From NCBI RefSeq assembly GCF_001194135.2, contig NC_069001.1, positions 788,758-845,342 of the forward strand: DNA of 56,585 nt. The letters are read 5' to 3'. A model generated the notes under the pieces. It was not told where the DNA came from, did no database searches, and saw only the letters and a program-made list of their open reading frames with translations. Origin of the DNA: Octopus bimaculoides. Lineage: Eukaryota. Position 1 is the first letter of the stretch. Every line of letters starts with the position of its first letter. The position numbers were made by a program, and so were the translations under genes. Below are positions 54,200 to 56,585 of the stretch, one piece after another.

Positions 54200-55759
54200 A
54201 TCACAACAGTTAGGTTATATTTGAAAGGAGAGGTAGGATCAACTCCCACTTTCTCAATCAACCTCCTCCTCCTAAAACCTTTTGTAAAAATAACAAATGA
54301 AATATGGAGCAAGAGGGAACATTTATGCTGTCACTTGACATACTAGAAATAGCAACCAAATCTTCCTCAAATCACATCTTACTGATTTAAAAATCCAAAT
54401 TAAAAAAGAGAAAAAGAAAACAAAAAGTGTGAGAATCTATGTAGTCACTAGATCTGCTAGAAATAGCAGCCACATAGTTTCAAAGCTTCTTAACCACACA
54501 ACCAAGTCTACACCATGGCTACATTATTAGATGGCTCACTAAAACCAGTTGACATTTCCCACTTGCAATGTCTTATTCCATGAAGAAAGAATAAAAAAAA
54601 AAAAGAAACCAACAAAATAGCATACATGGCTCAAACTACATATGACAATAAATCTTGTGGGGAGGGAAGGGGAATTAATAGCTGTCATCCACTTATCTCA
54701 ACTACAGATATCCGAAGATAGAGCAGCAAATCTATGAGTCATTACAACAACAAGGAGGAGGAAAGTCTCGAGGGCATAAAATTTGGGGGTTGGGCAACAA
54801 AACACAGTAAGAATAGATTCTCATGATTTACAAAATAGGTTCTTAAAGTTATGACTACCTTAACACTCTCACACTCAGATACACTGTCAAATGTAACGTT
54901 TATTTATTCACATTGTTATCACCATCATTTAACGTCCGTTTTCCATGCTGACATGGGTTGGACGGTTTGACAGGAGCTGGTTAGAGACCAGCAGTTGTCT
55001 CTTGTGGTATGCTAAGGCTGGATGCCCTTCCTAACACTAACCACTTTACAGAGTGTGTTGGCAGCCTTTTACATGCCACTGGCATGGGTGCGCCTACACA
55101 GCACGAGTGCATTTCATGTTTTGAATATGCATTAACTTGTAGCTTTGAGATTTTGATGATGTGATTGTTTATTTTTAGGATATTGTAGGGTTGGTGTGAG
55201 AGGCTGGGCCTGGCTAGTTTCAACACAGAACAGACAGAATATTGTGGCCGGATATGGGTGGTTTAAATACTGAAAGGTTAAGCATGCAAAATTGAGTGCT
55301 GTCCAAGTTCACTCGCATCACACTCACTGCACCTAAATCATGAACTCATGCATGAATCAAGAATCAAGAAATTGGTCTCAAATTTTGGCACAAGAACCAA
55401 GAAATTAGAAACCGGTTGGTGCAGCCTGTGTATCATCACCCCCAGATCAATAAATGTTTGATTGAAACTGACAAAAATAGCAAAACCTGTTTGTTAACCC
55501 TTTTGTTACCGAATTTCTGTTGAAATAACACAGTTGTATTTTTCAATCAACATTATCATCATCATCATCATTGTCGTCATCATTATTTTTAAGATGGAAT
55601 TTGTTGAGGCAGGCCTTCTTCAGCTGAATGTCCTTATTGTGGCCAACCCTCACCAGTTTCCATCATTTGTCAGTATTTTCTTGGGTTGCCCCCAATCAGC
55701 CCTCCAGTGTTCCAGTCCCCATCTCTGCAAAATACTTCCTCGTCCACTATGACCATATG

Positions 55760-56050
55760 ACATGGCTGACCAACACAAGGTGTCACCCCAGCTGGATCCT
55801 CAAAGAAGAGAACATGATACACAGTATCCAACTTGGAAAACTGAGCAACTTGTCTAAGGTGACACTGCTGAGTCATACAAGTAACAAGATACATCACAGT
55901 TTCTGGGCAAAGTCATTGGTTGGATATGGAATCCCACCAATGGTAAGCCATAATCCTACAAAGAGTCCTGGCACCAAAGGGGATCAGGCAGCTCCTAAGG
56001 GTCCCAGATAGTGTTCAAGTCTTGCAACTACAGAGAAAGACAGGGAGGAT
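55760..56050 (-). mobile_element. RTE-clade LINE ORF2 C-terminal remnant
   Basis: Minus strand reads FGARTLCRIMAYHWWDSISNQ*LCPETVMYLVTCMTQQCHLRQVAQF, resembling the RTE tail motif LRRIMGY-W-D-VSN--L--ET----VTC. It contains a stop. Confidence 0.65.
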
Positions 56051-56585
56051 CAGAGACCTGAGGACATGAACCTTTGTCTTTTTGCTCAGATATCAGCAGT
56101 GTTAAATCCAAAACTGCCCCAGCATAACCAAGTCTTTTCGTTGCAAAACAGAAATAAATGATAGAAAAACAGAAGTGAAATTTCTCCTTCACATTAGGGA
56201 GTTCCTTATTTCTTTCAACATGAATGTAAAACAGGTTTGTAGGATTCTTGTGACATCATGCATTGCAGGACTGGCCGACAATTGCAGTCTCGTGCAGGAT
56301 TGTGTTGTTCAGGAAGTTAAAACTAACAAAATGTTACCATATAATACGATATCATTGAAAAAGACCAGACATGAAACATCAGTATTAAATATCTCACCAG
56401 AATTAAATAAATAAATATATATATATATATATATATATCCAACCACAAGCTAATAAAATAAAAGAGAAAAAGAAATGATGAACAGCTGTTGACAAAAATA
56501 TTTACAAATGATGTTAAATTGGTTTATTAAAAACAGTGTTTGATATGTGAGAAATTGGGATATAAATATTTAATAAGTGGCAATG

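Overview
AT-rich, microsatellite-dense eukaryotic genomic DNA with assembly gaps. Its repeat landscape looks like an octopus/coleoid cephalopod genome (inferred, not verified). The window covers the 5' part of a minus-strand Protein kinase N gene (PKN/PRK). Four spliced exons (37480-37777, 13187-13281, 3522-3690, 445-596) have canonical GT-AG ends and matching phases, and join into one reading frame encoding HR1a, HR1b and most of HR1c. The first coding exon is not firmly identified, and the C2-like and kinase exons lie beyond the left edge. The introns (about 24.2, 9.5 and 2.9 kb) hold tRNA-type SINEs, TTAA-flanked MITEs, and mariner/maT, hAT, RTE, CR1/L2, RLE-LINE and Penelope remnants. The best leads are: a minimal Penelope-type hammerhead ribozyme motif with a variant core (50528-50564); a 46-bp hairpin whose four non-Watson-Crick pairs are all G-U on the gene's sense strand (32264-32370); three other long fold-backs; and candidate first exons and a microexon. 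Almost all ORFs in the supplied track are artefacts of microsatellites or repeats.
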